Origin: an uncultured Gammaproteobacteria bacterium
GTDB lineage: Bacteria > Patescibacteriota > Microgenomatia > Levybacterales > UBA12049
Direction of reading: 5' to 3'
DNA: 39,202 nt
Assembly (NCBI GenBank): GCA_964389405.1
Contig: CAYMDS010000001.1
Span: 1-39,202, forward strand
This document shows, piece after piece, positions 16,977 to 26,497 of this stretch (its first letter is position 1; every line of letters begins with the position of its first letter). The translations under genes and the position numbers were made by a program. The notes under the pieces are model-generated. The model was given only the letters and a program-made list of their open reading frames with translations, was not told the origin of the DNA and searched no databases.

Positions 16977-17843
16977 TTAGATAAATACGTATTTGATAAG
17001 TTTCGCATAGCCATCCCTTAGCCGTAGACAGTAATTCCCTCGATTTCTATATATTGGATTATTGTCGGAAATGACTTCTGAACCACCCGGGAGATTTTCG
17101 TAATACTCAATCTGTTGTAAATACATAGTTTTTTCTTTTATTTTAATATTTACATTAGGATAAGGGTAAAGGAGGCCACGGACTAGATTATTTAGTTTAT
17201 TAAATTCCATATTTTTTAGTTCTATAAATTTAATTTCACTTTGTGCAGGATTTCGGCGTTTGTTTGGTGGATATTTTATGGGATTTTTTTGCGGTTTAAA
17301 TTTTAACTTATTATTAACTGCATCTGTAATTAGTTGTTTAGTCATAATCGTACCAACGTCAGTCATTCTTTTGAAGATATCCTGCACACTTCCTGCAAAT
17401 GATATCAACTCCTGTGAGTAAATTGGACCGCCATCGATGATATCGTTCATCCTAAATATCGTAACTCCTGTCTTTTTTTCATTTCTTAAAACTTGATGCT
17501 GTATGGGTGTTCCGCCCCTAAAACGCGGAAGAAGGGAAGGGTGTAAGCAGAGACAGGTGAATTCTTTTATAGTTTTTTTATCAACTATCCAGGACCAGCT
17601 GTAAAAACAAGCGATATCAATTTTTTGGCTTTTTAATAGATTATAAATTGTGCTGTTATCGTTTTCTTTAACTATTGTAAATGAAGTTTCTTTTTGATCT
17701 TTAAGCCTAAATTTACATTGGTGTTTATCATTTGCGATTAAGAGGGGGATCGAAAAGTCTTTTCTTATTTTTTGGTATTTTTTAATCTCCCGAAATATAT
17801 CATATCCCCATTGTCTATATATAATAAATGCAACTTTTAACAT
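16977..17843 (-). CDS. Formyltransferase (Fmt/PurN-like fold), probably a sugar N-formyltransferase
   Basis: CLHPSLLPRFRGGTPIQHQVL and KKTGVTIFRMNDIIDGGPIYSQ match the formyl_trans_N catalytic motifs. It sits in a sugar-modification operon. Confidence 0.75.
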   Translation of the reverse strand: MLKVAFIIYRQWGYDIFREIKKYQKIRKDFSIPLLIANDKHQCKFRLKDQKETSFTIVKENDNSTIYNLLKSQKIDIACFYSWSWIVDKKTIKEFTCLCLHPSLLPRFRGGTPIQHQVLRNEKKTGVTIFRMNDIIDGGPIYSQELISFAGSVQDIFKRMTDVGTIMTKQLITDAVNNKLKFKPQKNPIKYPPNKRRNPAQSEIKFIELKNMEFNKLNNLVRGLLYPYPNVNIKIKEKTMYLQQIEYYENLPGGSEVISDNNPIYRNRGNYCLRLRDGYAKLIKYVFI

Positions 17844-18541
17844 ATTTCATATCTAATCAAATGATATGCTTCGGCAATGGTTACTCCGATCTCTTTTCCA
17901 TAAGTATGTGCAAGGTGTATCAAGTTCTCGATACTCCTAGGAAATGGATCTTTTCTTACCTGAGTAGTATGACATTTATAAAGGTTTAATTTGAAATCCA
18001 ATAAGTTACCGCCTTTATATTTTTCGGAAAGGTCTAAAAATACGTTTGGTTGTTTAACAGTTCTTGTAGACCATATATATGGTTCATAATATTCCAGCAC
18101 TATTGGTATAAAATGACGTATTTTTTTAGGAACAGGGCGAAGTACTGTCATGCAGGCATCAAATACAGCGCGATGATCCTGGTTATAGCTACTTGAAGTG
18201 GGTATGGCTATGATATTAGGTTTAAATTCATCTACTATGTCTTCAATCGGTTCAACTATATCTTTTTGGGCTAGTGTATCAAGCCGGCAAAATTCATCTC
18301 CTGTAAATATAGTTTTACTTTTTACTCGTGCAAATTTTTCAACATTTTGAATTTCTTTACTTCTGATATTTCCAATTGTTTTTCCTGTCACTAACTGCCG
18401 ACTGTTTCCAACGCTTATATATACAATTAAAACTTCTGCTTTCTCCTTTTTACATTTCCCGATTAGACCTCCTGTGCCAAGTGCTTCATCATCAGGATGG
18501 GGTGAAATAACAAGAAGTTTTGATTTATCGTTTATTACCAT
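17837..18541 (-). CDS. PIG-L/LmbE-family N-acetyl-sugar deacetylase
   Basis: LLVISPHPDDEALGTGG is the family signature, with downstream NQDHRAV. Overlaps the formyltransferase gene by 7 nt. Confidence 0.85.
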   Translation of the reverse strand: MVINDKSKLLVISPHPDDEALGTGGLIGKCKKEKAEVLIVYISVGNSRQLVTGKTIGNIRSKEIQNVEKFARVKSKTIFTGDEFCRLDTLAQKDIVEPIEDIVDEFKPNIIAIPTSSSYNQDHRAVFDACMTVLRPVPKKIRHFIPIVLEYYEPYIWSTRTVKQPNVFLDLSEKYKGGNLLDFKLNLYKCHTTQVRKDPFPRSIENLIHLAHTYGKEIGVTIAEAYHLIRYEIC

Positions 18542-19292
18542 AATTATTTATAAAACTTTTAAACTGTATCAAATCATGAGTGATATCCACGTTTATATCA
18601 GAATCGATTACTGAACTCAATGGTCGTCTAGCTTTATTGAAGTGGTTTTTATATTTTGTTTTTAGAACCCTTTTTTTATCTATCAAAAATACATCACAAA
18701 ATAGTTTCGCAAATTTATACCAGCTAATCTTTTTCTTACTAAAAACATTTATTATTCCGGACTTGTCTTTGTTATTAAAGATTTCAAAAGCGACCCTATT
18801 TATTGAGACAGGATTTATAAACATATTTATATAAGTATTAGTTTTTTTTCCTTGTAGTAGATTATTTACGATATAGGTTTTTTTACTATAAAAATTTGTA
18901 CGAATAATTAAAGATTTATCTCCCAATAATTTCTCGCCGAATAACTTTGACCATCCGTAAATATTTCGAGGTTTAAACGCATAGTCCGTTGAAATATGAA
19001 TCAGTTTTTTATTATATTTTTGACATGCTTCTAGGATGTATGATGGTGCGAGTCCGTTAACATTAAATGCTTTAGCAGGATTTTTTTCACATAATTCTAT
19101 ATCTGTGATCGCTGCGCAGTTGATAACGTACTTTCCTGAAAAAGGAATTAAGACCTTATAAATTTCGTGAGGATTTGTTATATCACAACTGTTACGATCA
19201 TAAGATATCGTCTCATTTCTGTACACATTTATAAATGTACGTGCAAGTATTGAGTCGGCGCCAAAAATTAAGTATTTAGGTTTTTTATTCAT
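18525..19292 (-). CDS. RmlD-like NAD(P)-dependent sugar-nucleotide reductase (short-chain dehydrogenase fold)
   Basis: YLIFGADSILAR N-terminal Rossmann-like segment, VINCAAITDIELCEKNP and LIHISTDYAF (cf. the RmlD STDYVF motif). Overlaps the deacetylase gene by 17 nt. Confidence 0.65.
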   Translation of the reverse strand: MNKKPKYLIFGADSILARTFINVYRNETISYDRNSCDITNPHEIYKVLIPFSGKYVINCAAITDIELCEKNPAKAFNVNGLAPSYILEACQKYNKKLIHISTDYAFKPRNIYGWSKLFGEKLLGDKSLIIRTNFYSKKTYIVNNLLQGKKTNTYINMFINPVSINRVAFEIFNNKDKSGIINVFSKKKISWYKFAKLFCDVFLIDKKRVLKTKYKNHFNKARRPLSSVIDSDINVDITHDLIQFKSFINNYGNKR

Positions 19293-19344
19293 CTATCATT
19301 GATTTTTCAATAATTATATACTACAGTTATTAAATTCGGAAATT

Positions 19345-20346
19345 ATGAAAAATGGACTAGTTTCTGTCATTATCGTAACCTTAAACAATTTGGAGTGGTT
19401 AAAAAAGTGCTTAAACGCTTTGAATGATCAGGAATATAAGAATATAGAAGTTTTCGTAGTCGACAACGGCTCATCAGATAACACCGTTTCTTATTTAAAA
19501 AAACATATGCCTGAAATAATTTGTATTACGTCTGGGGAAAATATAGGATTTGGCAGAGCATGTAACCTGGCTTTAAAAAAGGCTAATGGGGAATATGTTC
19601 TTATATATAATGACGATGCAATCTGTGAAAAAGATTTTATAAAAAAATTGGTAGTAAGAATTAAAAAAGAACCATTAATTGGTGCGATACAAGGAACTCT
19701 ATTATTTGCTGACAGAAGAAATATTATTGAGTCCGCAGGGGCATATCTGACGCCTACCGGAATTCTCATAAAAGATTTCGGGGGAGAATTTGATGAGAAG
19801 TTAGCTCTCGAAAAAGAAGTTTTTAACGCTAATTTGCCGCTTATCAGAATGTCCGTGCTTAAGAAAGTCGGGTTTTTTGATGATGATTATTTTTTGTATT
19901 TCGAAGAAGCAGATTTATGTTGGCGAATATGGCTTTCGGGAAGTAAAATATTATATCATCCTAATGCGAAAATTTATCATGCAAGGGGTGTAACCACGAA
20001 GCGTCTACAAGCCCCTGTAATCGTAGAAAGCACTTTTCGTAACAGGATAAATTCACTTATAAAAAATTTAGAACCCGGCAGTCTTTTAAAGATTCTTCCA
20101 TTTCATCTTACAATTTGCATTGGTGGAATGATGGCCTATATTTTGAAGGGTAAGCCCCAAGGAGCAATGGCGATACTAAAAGCCTTAATATGGAATATTA
20201 AATCGATAAATAATACTTTGAAAAAAAGGAAAATAATAAATCGAATGAGAAAAAGAAAAGACTCTGAATTGCTGCCAATCATAATGCGACCTATGTCTGC
20301 CTCATATCTTATGAAAACTTCTTTAGATTATTTAAGGCAATGGTAA
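19345..20346 (+). CDS. Glycosyltransferase family 2 (GT-A fold)
   Basis: VSVIIVTLNN..., VVDNGSSDNT, YNDDA and the FEEADLCWR motif, with a C-terminal hydrophobic segment. Confidence 0.85.
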   Translation: MKNGLVSVIIVTLNNLEWLKKCLNALNDQEYKNIEVFVVDNGSSDNTVSYLKKHMPEIICITSGENIGFGRACNLALKKANGEYVLIYNDDAICEKDFIKKLVVRIKKEPLIGAIQGTLLFADRRNIIESAGAYLTPTGILIKDFGGEFDEKLALEKEVFNANLPLIRMSVLKKVGFFDDDYFLYFEEADLCWRIWLSGSKILYHPNAKIYHARGVTTKRLQAPVIVESTFRNRINSLIKNLEPGSLLKILPFHLTICIGGMMAYILKGKPQGAMAILKALIWNIKSINNTLKKRKIINRMRKRKDSELLPIIMRPMSASYLMKTSLDYLRQW

Positions 20347-21575
20347 AAATAAATAAGGGTAGCTACTATACGCGTAAACGTTGCAGGCTTTGTATATCCA
20401 ATAATTTACGTTTAGTTATCGATTTCGGTTTCATGCCTCATGCAGGGAATTTCCTAACAAGAGAAGAAATCGGTAAAGAAAAATATTATCCTCTTCGTAT
20501 ATTTCTTTGTGTGGACTGCTTACTTTTGCAGATTATTGATATAGTTCCGTCAAATGTACATTTTAGTGATTATCGATATATTTCATCTGTCGGATTAAGT
20601 GACCATTTTACGCAATTTGCTAAGGAGTTAAATATGCCTAAGAACAGTTTCATAGTCGAAATAGGAAGTAATGATGGTGTTCTGCTTAGGCCTTTATTAG
20701 ATCGGGGATACCGCGTCTTGGGAGTTGATCCTGCTAAAAATATTGCACAGATAGCTAAAAAAAAAGGTATACCTATGATTATCGATTACTTCACAGAAAA
20801 AGTGGCATCAGATATCGAATCAAACTATGATAAAGCTGATGTCATTATCGCAAATAACGTCTTAGCGCATATTGACAATATGGATAATGTTTTTTTCGGT
20901 ATTAAATGTTTATTAAAAACAGACGGTGTGTTGATTTTCGAAGTACATTACCTTCCGGAGTTAATAGATAAACTCCAGTACGATTTTTTCTATACTGAAC
21001 ACCTAAGTTATTATATGCTGCATTCGCTTAAGCCTTTTTTAGATAAATATGGTTTTAGTATAACAGATGTCAAAGTTATTCCTGTTCATGGCGGTTCTAT
21101 CAGAGTATACGCAAAACAAAAAAATGGGAAGGTTCCGGAATCAAAAAATGTGACGGATTTAATGAAAAGAGAGGAAGATCTGCTAAATCCTAAGGCATAT
21201 CCTTTATTTGCTAAAAAGATTAATGGACATAAAAAACAACTTCTGCATTTACTACAAAGATTGAAGCAGGAAGGTAAAAAAGTAGTAGGATATGGAGCAT
21301 CAGGACGGGCAAATACAGTTCTAAATGCTGCAGGTATTGACGGGAGTTTACTTTCATATATAGTAGATGCGTCAATAGAAAGGTATAATCGTTTCACTCC
21401 AGGTGTACATATTCCCATCGTTTCACCTTCTGAGTTTCATGATGATAATGTAGACTATGCACTTCTTTTCGCGTGGAGTTATAAAGAAATGATACTTAAA
21501 AAAGAAAAGAAATTTATTAAAAACGGCGGTAAATTTATAATACCCTTTCCTTCAATTGACATTATCCCAAAGTAG
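20340..21575 (+). CDS. NDP-sugar C-methyltransferase-type enzyme (Zn-ribbon + class I SAM MTase + C-methyltransferase C-terminal domain)
   Basis: N-terminal CRLC...CVDC zinc-ribbon pattern, VEIGSNDGVLL SAM motif and a ~150-aa C-terminal domain (VGYGASGRANTVLN). Overlaps the GT2 gene by 7 nt. Confidence 0.7.
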   Translation: MVKINKGSYYTRKRCRLCISNNLRLVIDFGFMPHAGNFLTREEIGKEKYYPLRIFLCVDCLLLQIIDIVPSNVHFSDYRYISSVGLSDHFTQFAKELNMPKNSFIVEIGSNDGVLLRPLLDRGYRVLGVDPAKNIAQIAKKKGIPMIIDYFTEKVASDIESNYDKADVIIANNVLAHIDNMDNVFFGIKCLLKTDGVLIFEVHYLPELIDKLQYDFFYTEHLSYYMLHSLKPFLDKYGFSITDVKVIPVHGGSIRVYAKQKNGKVPESKNVTDLMKREEDLLNPKAYPLFAKKINGHKKQLLHLLQRLKQEGKKVVGYGASGRANTVLNAAGIDGSLLSYIVDASIERYNRFTPGVHIPIVSPSEFHDDNVDYALLFAWSYKEMILKKEKKFIKNGGKFIIPFPSIDIIPK

Positions 21576-21620
21576 TCTTTTATATTGAGGAATCTGAGAA
21601 AAAAGAAGTATAATTAAATC

Positions 21621-24600
21621 GTGAATCCTAAAAAAACTTCAGTTATTTTTTTATCTTCCCGTTTTATCGTTAATACGTTATTTATAGTTTTTAGCTTAGG
21701 AGTTATTCTATTTCTGGCATACTTTTTTGGCTTTCGTATTTTAAGAAATCCGCTTTCAGGAAATGATGCCATTAATAATTTAACGTATGCATCATGGATT
21801 GCTGAGTATTACCCTAAAATTCCGCTTTGGTATCCACTAGCTGGGGGAGGAACGTCGTTTCTTATCGGATATCCAAGCCTTTATTCATGGAGTGCAGCTG
21901 TACTTCATAAAAATACTTCGTTAACTCTTATCCAGGCAATGGGTGTATTAAGCTTCGCGTGTTTATTACTTCCTGCCTGGAGTGTTTTCGCATTCGTATG
22001 GATGCGTTTTAAAATGCGGCCGGCAGCACTTTTTGCAGGCATCTTTTATTTACTTTCACCTATTTCATATGTTCTTATATCAGGTGCCGGATTTCTATCA
22101 CACGCATACTCATATATATTTACTGTACCCTTTTTTATTTTTTATGATATGTATCTTGGGTCATGGCTTCATAAGACTTCAAATACGAAAAAAATATTTG
22201 CTTTACTTATGGCTGGTATATTCTTCGTATTAACTACTTTGGCCCATCCTGTATCTTCGCTTGGTTTTATGGTGATTTTCGGTTTTTATAGTCTTTTCTT
22301 AGGCTTTTGTACGAATAGATTCAGGGGTATAAAAAGAGGTTTTATTGCGATTCTCACAGCAGCGATTGTTTTTTATTTACTTTCATTTTTCTGGTTTAAG
22401 CCATTTCAGGATTTCACCGGTTTTTCCAACCGAGATATAACCTTTACAGCCAATACAGAAACGCTGCCACCAGTTAAGTTCGCCGGTATGCTGGGTTTAA
22501 TCGGTCCGCAGACGGGTTATCCATTTCCTAACTTATCAATTGTGCCATTTGTTTGGATCATGGCATTAATTGGTACGTTTTTGGGTTTACTTAAAAAAAA
22601 CTATAAATTATTTTTGCTTGGTTTATTGGGATTTTTTAGTTTATACCAGACCGGAACTTATACTTTATGGATTTTATTAACAAAAATTAATTGGTTACTA
22701 GGCTCTTTTTTTGTCAATCGATATTATTACACATCGACAGCTATTCTTCCTCCGATAGTCGCAGGAGTTGGATTGTGGTATTTAGTCAGTTTGCCGATAG
22801 ATCCCCTGACTAGAAGAATAAAGAAGCTACATGTGGTGCTTTCTTTCCCATATAAACTTATTGCATCATCGGTTCTGATGATTAGTGCAGTAGTGATCTT
22901 ACTGGGAGGTCTTTTTTATTTTAATCACTTCAGCGGTTACAGCAGTCCCCGAAAACCTTGGTTATTTCATTATGGGGAGGAAGGTGGTGTTCCATTAAAA
23001 TTCATATGGAACAGATCTTTAGAAGATTTTTGTGATAGAAGTTCTAAAAACTATAATGAAGTTTTATGTGAAAATCCTGCAGTGAATAAATATGTAGAGC
23101 CGGCTACTTTTCTTTTTTATTGTGATCAATATGCTTATAAGGATAAAAAGAATAGACCTTATCAATGTGCTGGGAACGTAAAAGAAAGTGATATGGCTTC
23201 ATTTGTAGATACATGTAAAAATAAAACTTATACCTCGCCTTATTATGAGGATTTGTGTCTTTCTGTGTCAAAGACCCCAGCGGAGCAACTTTTGCATTGG
23301 CCTTCGGTCCGTTTGTCAGATTCTACACTAAAAGAATTACATACCGCGTCATTTTTGAGAGCAGACAATCCTTACAATTATTTATCAAAATATGAAATAC
23401 GTTTGGATATTACACCAGGACTCGGAACATGGACAAAAGAATGGGGTGTGAATAATAGAAGTAGTATTATAAACGCTTATACAGGACAGCTAGTTTTGAA
23501 CAAATCCTTTCAAAGTTACTTTAGAGATGTGATGTTCTCAAAAGATTTGGTAAAAAGCTCTCTTGCAATCGATGAAGCTGCAAAATATTACGGGACATCC
23601 GCGATAATTAATACAGGGAATGACCAGACATCTAAATTCCAAGATCAATTGTGGAAAAATGAGAAGCTTAAAGAAGGAGGCACGATCTGGGTTCCTCCAT
23701 TCCAAACAGGTATTTACGATCTTAAACAAAATAATAAAGTATTAGTAATTGGTACCAAGAATAAACAGGCATATAAGCAAATATTCCAGCTTGCTACTTT
23801 AGGTGTTATGCCTTATGAAAAGGCTTTACTCTTTGAGGGGAAAGAACATATCGACAGTTACTCCCAAAATGAGTTGGATAAATATAATTTAATAGTTCTC
23901 CATGGTTATTCATATAAAAATAAAAATAAAGCGTTTTCGTATCTTAAGCAGTTTTTAGAAAACGGAGGAAATGTATTTATAGATACAGGCTGGCAGTTCG
24001 TATCAAAAGATTGGGGAGGCGAGAAAGGTACGGAGTTTCCTGAGTGGTTTCCTGTTAAAAAAATTCAGTGGGGAAGTGCCGGAAGTAGTTGGGCTAACGC
24101 CGTAGTAGATTCAGAGTCAATTGGAAATATTTCATTAGCCGATTTTAATCCGTTAACATGGGAAGATACTTCATGGGGGCTTTCTTATGCAGAATCTAAA
24201 GATGTAGCCGGAACTCCTCTTATTACTATTTCCGGGAAGGTTATAGCAGCTTATAGACAGTTTGGGAAAGGAAGAATAGTGTGGTCAGGAATGAACTTGC
24301 CTGCTCATGCATTAGGTCCTGAGAACGAAGAAGAGATCCGGTTTATAACAAGAGTCTTTGAAGATCTCATTGAGAAGAATATAAATGTTAATTTATCGAA
24401 ATATAAAATTGAACGATCGCCTGATGTATTGAAAGTTGTATTTAATGGTAGTATACCACCGGAAAGCACATTTTATTTTAAAGAAGCATATCATCCATAC
24501 TGGAAGGCTGCGATAATAAAGCAAGGTAGTGGTAAAAAAACAATGCTACCGATAGAATCTGTCGGACCGCGGTTTATGGGTGTAGTACTCGACGAATTGC

Positions 24601-24845
24601 AGCCAGGAGATATACTTGTTATGACGTTTGAAACGTCAAAAATATTATTGATAACTTCTATTGTTTCTTTTTTGACATTTATTATATTAATATTTTTATT
24701 CATAGATATGCTTTTGACAGGAGGTAGAATAGTTCGAAGCTTACCTTTGAAAAATATTAAGACAGAAATACCTGGTGCCCATATCTTAAAGAGCCAAGTC
24801 CGAAAAATGAAGGATTCAGTTATCAAGGATGAAGAAGAATATTAA
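21621..24845 (+). CDS. Very large polytopic membrane protein (1074 aa), GT-C-fold/YfhO-like glycosyltransferase candidate
   Basis: ~430-aa multi-TM N-terminal domain, ~560-aa extracytoplasmic domain, then AYHPYWKAAIIKQGSG...MGVVL..PGDILVMTFE and a terminal TM helix. This is the architecture I associate with YfhO-type GT-C enzymes. GTG start. Confidence 0.5.
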   Translation: MNPKKTSVIFLSSRFIVNTLFIVFSLGVILFLAYFFGFRILRNPLSGNDAINNLTYASWIAEYYPKIPLWYPLAGGGTSFLIGYPSLYSWSAAVLHKNTSLTLIQAMGVLSFACLLLPAWSVFAFVWMRFKMRPAALFAGIFYLLSPISYVLISGAGFLSHAYSYIFTVPFFIFYDMYLGSWLHKTSNTKKIFALLMAGIFFVLTTLAHPVSSLGFMVIFGFYSLFLGFCTNRFRGIKRGFIAILTAAIVFYLLSFFWFKPFQDFTGFSNRDITFTANTETLPPVKFAGMLGLIGPQTGYPFPNLSIVPFVWIMALIGTFLGLLKKNYKLFLLGLLGFFSLYQTGTYTLWILLTKINWLLGSFFVNRYYYTSTAILPPIVAGVGLWYLVSLPIDPLTRRIKKLHVVLSFPYKLIASSVLMISAVVILLGGLFYFNHFSGYSSPRKPWLFHYGEEGGVPLKFIWNRSLEDFCDRSSKNYNEVLCENPAVNKYVEPATFLFYCDQYAYKDKKNRPYQCAGNVKESDMASFVDTCKNKTYTSPYYEDLCLSVSKTPAEQLLHWPSVRLSDSTLKELHTASFLRADNPYNYLSKYEIRLDITPGLGTWTKEWGVNNRSSIINAYTGQLVLNKSFQSYFRDVMFSKDLVKSSLAIDEAAKYYGTSAIINTGNDQTSKFQDQLWKNEKLKEGGTIWVPPFQTGIYDLKQNNKVLVIGTKNKQAYKQIFQLATLGVMPYEKALLFEGKEHIDSYSQNELDKYNLIVLHGYSYKNKNKAFSYLKQFLENGGNVFIDTGWQFVSKDWGGEKGTEFPEWFPVKKIQWGSAGSSWANAVVDSESIGNISLADFNPLTWEDTSWGLSYAESKDVAGTPLITISGKVIAAYRQFGKGRIVWSGMNLPAHALGPENEEEIRFITRVFEDLIEKNINVNLSKYKIERSPDVLKVVFNGSIPPESTFYFKEAYHPYWKAAIIKQGSGKKTMLPIESVGPRFMGVVLDELQPGDILVMTFETSKILLITSIVSFLTFIILIFLFIDMLLTGGRIVRSLPLKNIKTEIPGAHILKSQVRKMKDSVIKDEEEY

Positions 24846-24847
24846 TT

Positions 24848-26191
24848 ATGGTGAAAAAAAAACTTAAAATTGCTATTTTTCATTTAGCCTTTTTGTATTC
24901 AGGGGGCGGAGAACGACTAGTTCTGGAAGAGGCGATCAGGCTTAAAAAGTTGGGACACTCAGTTACTTGTTATACGCCGGCTTTTGATGAACAAAAGTGT
25001 TTTCCAGAACTTATGAAAAAAGTGGAGTTGCGGCGTATACTTCCTAGAATTCTACCCGGATGGTATCCAGATAGCGCGCTTTTATCTATTTTAGCTACCT
25101 GTGTTTTGACTCCTTTATTTTTCTATAAATTTAGAAAATACGATATTTACTTCGGGGCAAATCAGCCAGGTCCTTGGATCGCTTTTCTGCTATCTATAAT
25201 TAATAGGAAGCCGTACGCGATTTATCTTGCCCAACCTACTCGTCTTATTCATCCTAGATTAATTGATCAGCAAGTAGGATTAAGGCTTTTATTTGGTTTC
25301 AGTATGCTAAATATACTTACAAATGTTTTTCGGCCTTTCATATGGTTGTTTGATTTTGTAAGCATAAAAAACGCAACGACTGTTTTCGCTAATGGGACAT
25401 ACGCCAGGGGTTTATTGGAGGAAGTTTATCGTATAAAAGCCACCAACTGTCCTGCCGGAAGTAAAAAACAAATCAGAATCACAAAAGATATGATTTCCAA
25501 TAGATTTAGAGGTGAAGAAGTGCTAAATCAAATTAAGATTAAAAAACCATATATCTTAATTACTAACAGACATTTTCCTCATAAAAAATTTGAATATGGA
25601 CTTGAAGCTTTCCAGAAGTTAAAAAGAAAAAAATTAAGTCTGGTTATAGCCGGACAGGAGACTGACTATACGAAACACTTAAAAGCTAATTATCTGAAGG
25701 ATAAAAGAATATATTTCGTGGGACTCCTATCTGAGAAAGATTTACATTCTGCGTATCAGCAAGCATCTGTATATATATACCCAGCACCTGAAGAAGATTT
25801 TGGTATGGGAATAATAGAAGCTATGAGTTATGGAGTGCCTGTCGTCGCGTGGGGTAATGCAGGACCCACTGGTATTATAAAGCACGGTTATGACGGATTT
25901 CTCGCCAAGCCTTTTGATACAGATAATTTTTCTTTTTATATCCACAGTCTACTTCGTAACAGATCGACTTATGAAAAAGTAGCAATAAACTCTCAGGAAA
26001 AGATAACAAAGCATTTTAGTTACGCAAAACATATAAAGATTCTAAGTATAGGTTTTAAAAAAACTATTGTTTTATGGAAGAAAGGATTCTCTGACAAAAA
26101 AATATTTAAGAAGCGAAGAATATTAACTGGAGCACTTGAAAGGTTAGATATTTCTAGAATATCGGTAGGGAATATACACATTCGTAAATGA
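24848..26191 (+). CDS. Glycosyltransferase, GT-B fold, family 4-like (paralog of 9253..10512)
   Basis: SGGGERLVLEE, GANQPGPWIAF and PEEDFGMGIIEAMSYGVPVVAWGNAGP (E-x7-E). Starts 2 nt after the 1074-aa gene. Confidence 0.85.
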   Translation: MVKKKLKIAIFHLAFLYSGGGERLVLEEAIRLKKLGHSVTCYTPAFDEQKCFPELMKKVELRRILPRILPGWYPDSALLSILATCVLTPLFFYKFRKYDIYFGANQPGPWIAFLLSIINRKPYAIYLAQPTRLIHPRLIDQQVGLRLLFGFSMLNILTNVFRPFIWLFDFVSIKNATTVFANGTYARGLLEEVYRIKATNCPAGSKKQIRITKDMISNRFRGEEVLNQIKIKKPYILITNRHFPHKKFEYGLEAFQKLKRKKLSLVIAGQETDYTKHLKANYLKDKRIYFVGLLSEKDLHSAYQQASVYIYPAPEEDFGMGIIEAMSYGVPVVAWGNAGPTGIIKHGYDGFLAKPFDTDNFSFYIHSLLRNRSTYEKVAINSQEKITKHFSYAKHIKILSIGFKKTIVLWKKGFSDKKIFKKRRILTGALERLDISRISVGNIHIRK

Positions 26192-26472
26192 GACAGCGAA
26201 AAGAAATATCCAGTCACAATATAGTCCATTATTTATTTACTGTAGTAGAATATATCTTTAAAGGGATAATTCAAGGAGTAGAGTGGTTATTTGTAGCCAT
26301 AGCAGGGTTTTTTATCTTTCAGACTAAGAAAACTCCCTATGATATCCTTATAGGATTACCTCTCTTTTTAATTGGTATAGGATTCGTTTTGAATAATCTA
26401 ATTACAGTATTTTTTAGCGTGTTATCATATAGATATAACAGGGGGGTTTGTCGCTGGTGCGATAGAAGATAA
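26188..26472 (+). CDS. Small membrane protein (94 aa, 2-3 TM helices) with C-terminal CxxC
   Basis: ATGA start/stop overlap with the GT4 gene. Hydrophobic helices and a C-terminal GVCRWCDRR. Confidence 0.5.
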   Translation: MRQRKEISSHNIVHYLFTVVEYIFKGIIQGVEWLFVAIAGFFIFQTKKTPYDILIGLPLFLIGIGFVLNNLITVFFSVLSYRYNRGVCRWCDRR

Positions 26473-26497
26473 TAAATAAAAAGTAAAATCTAAAAAA

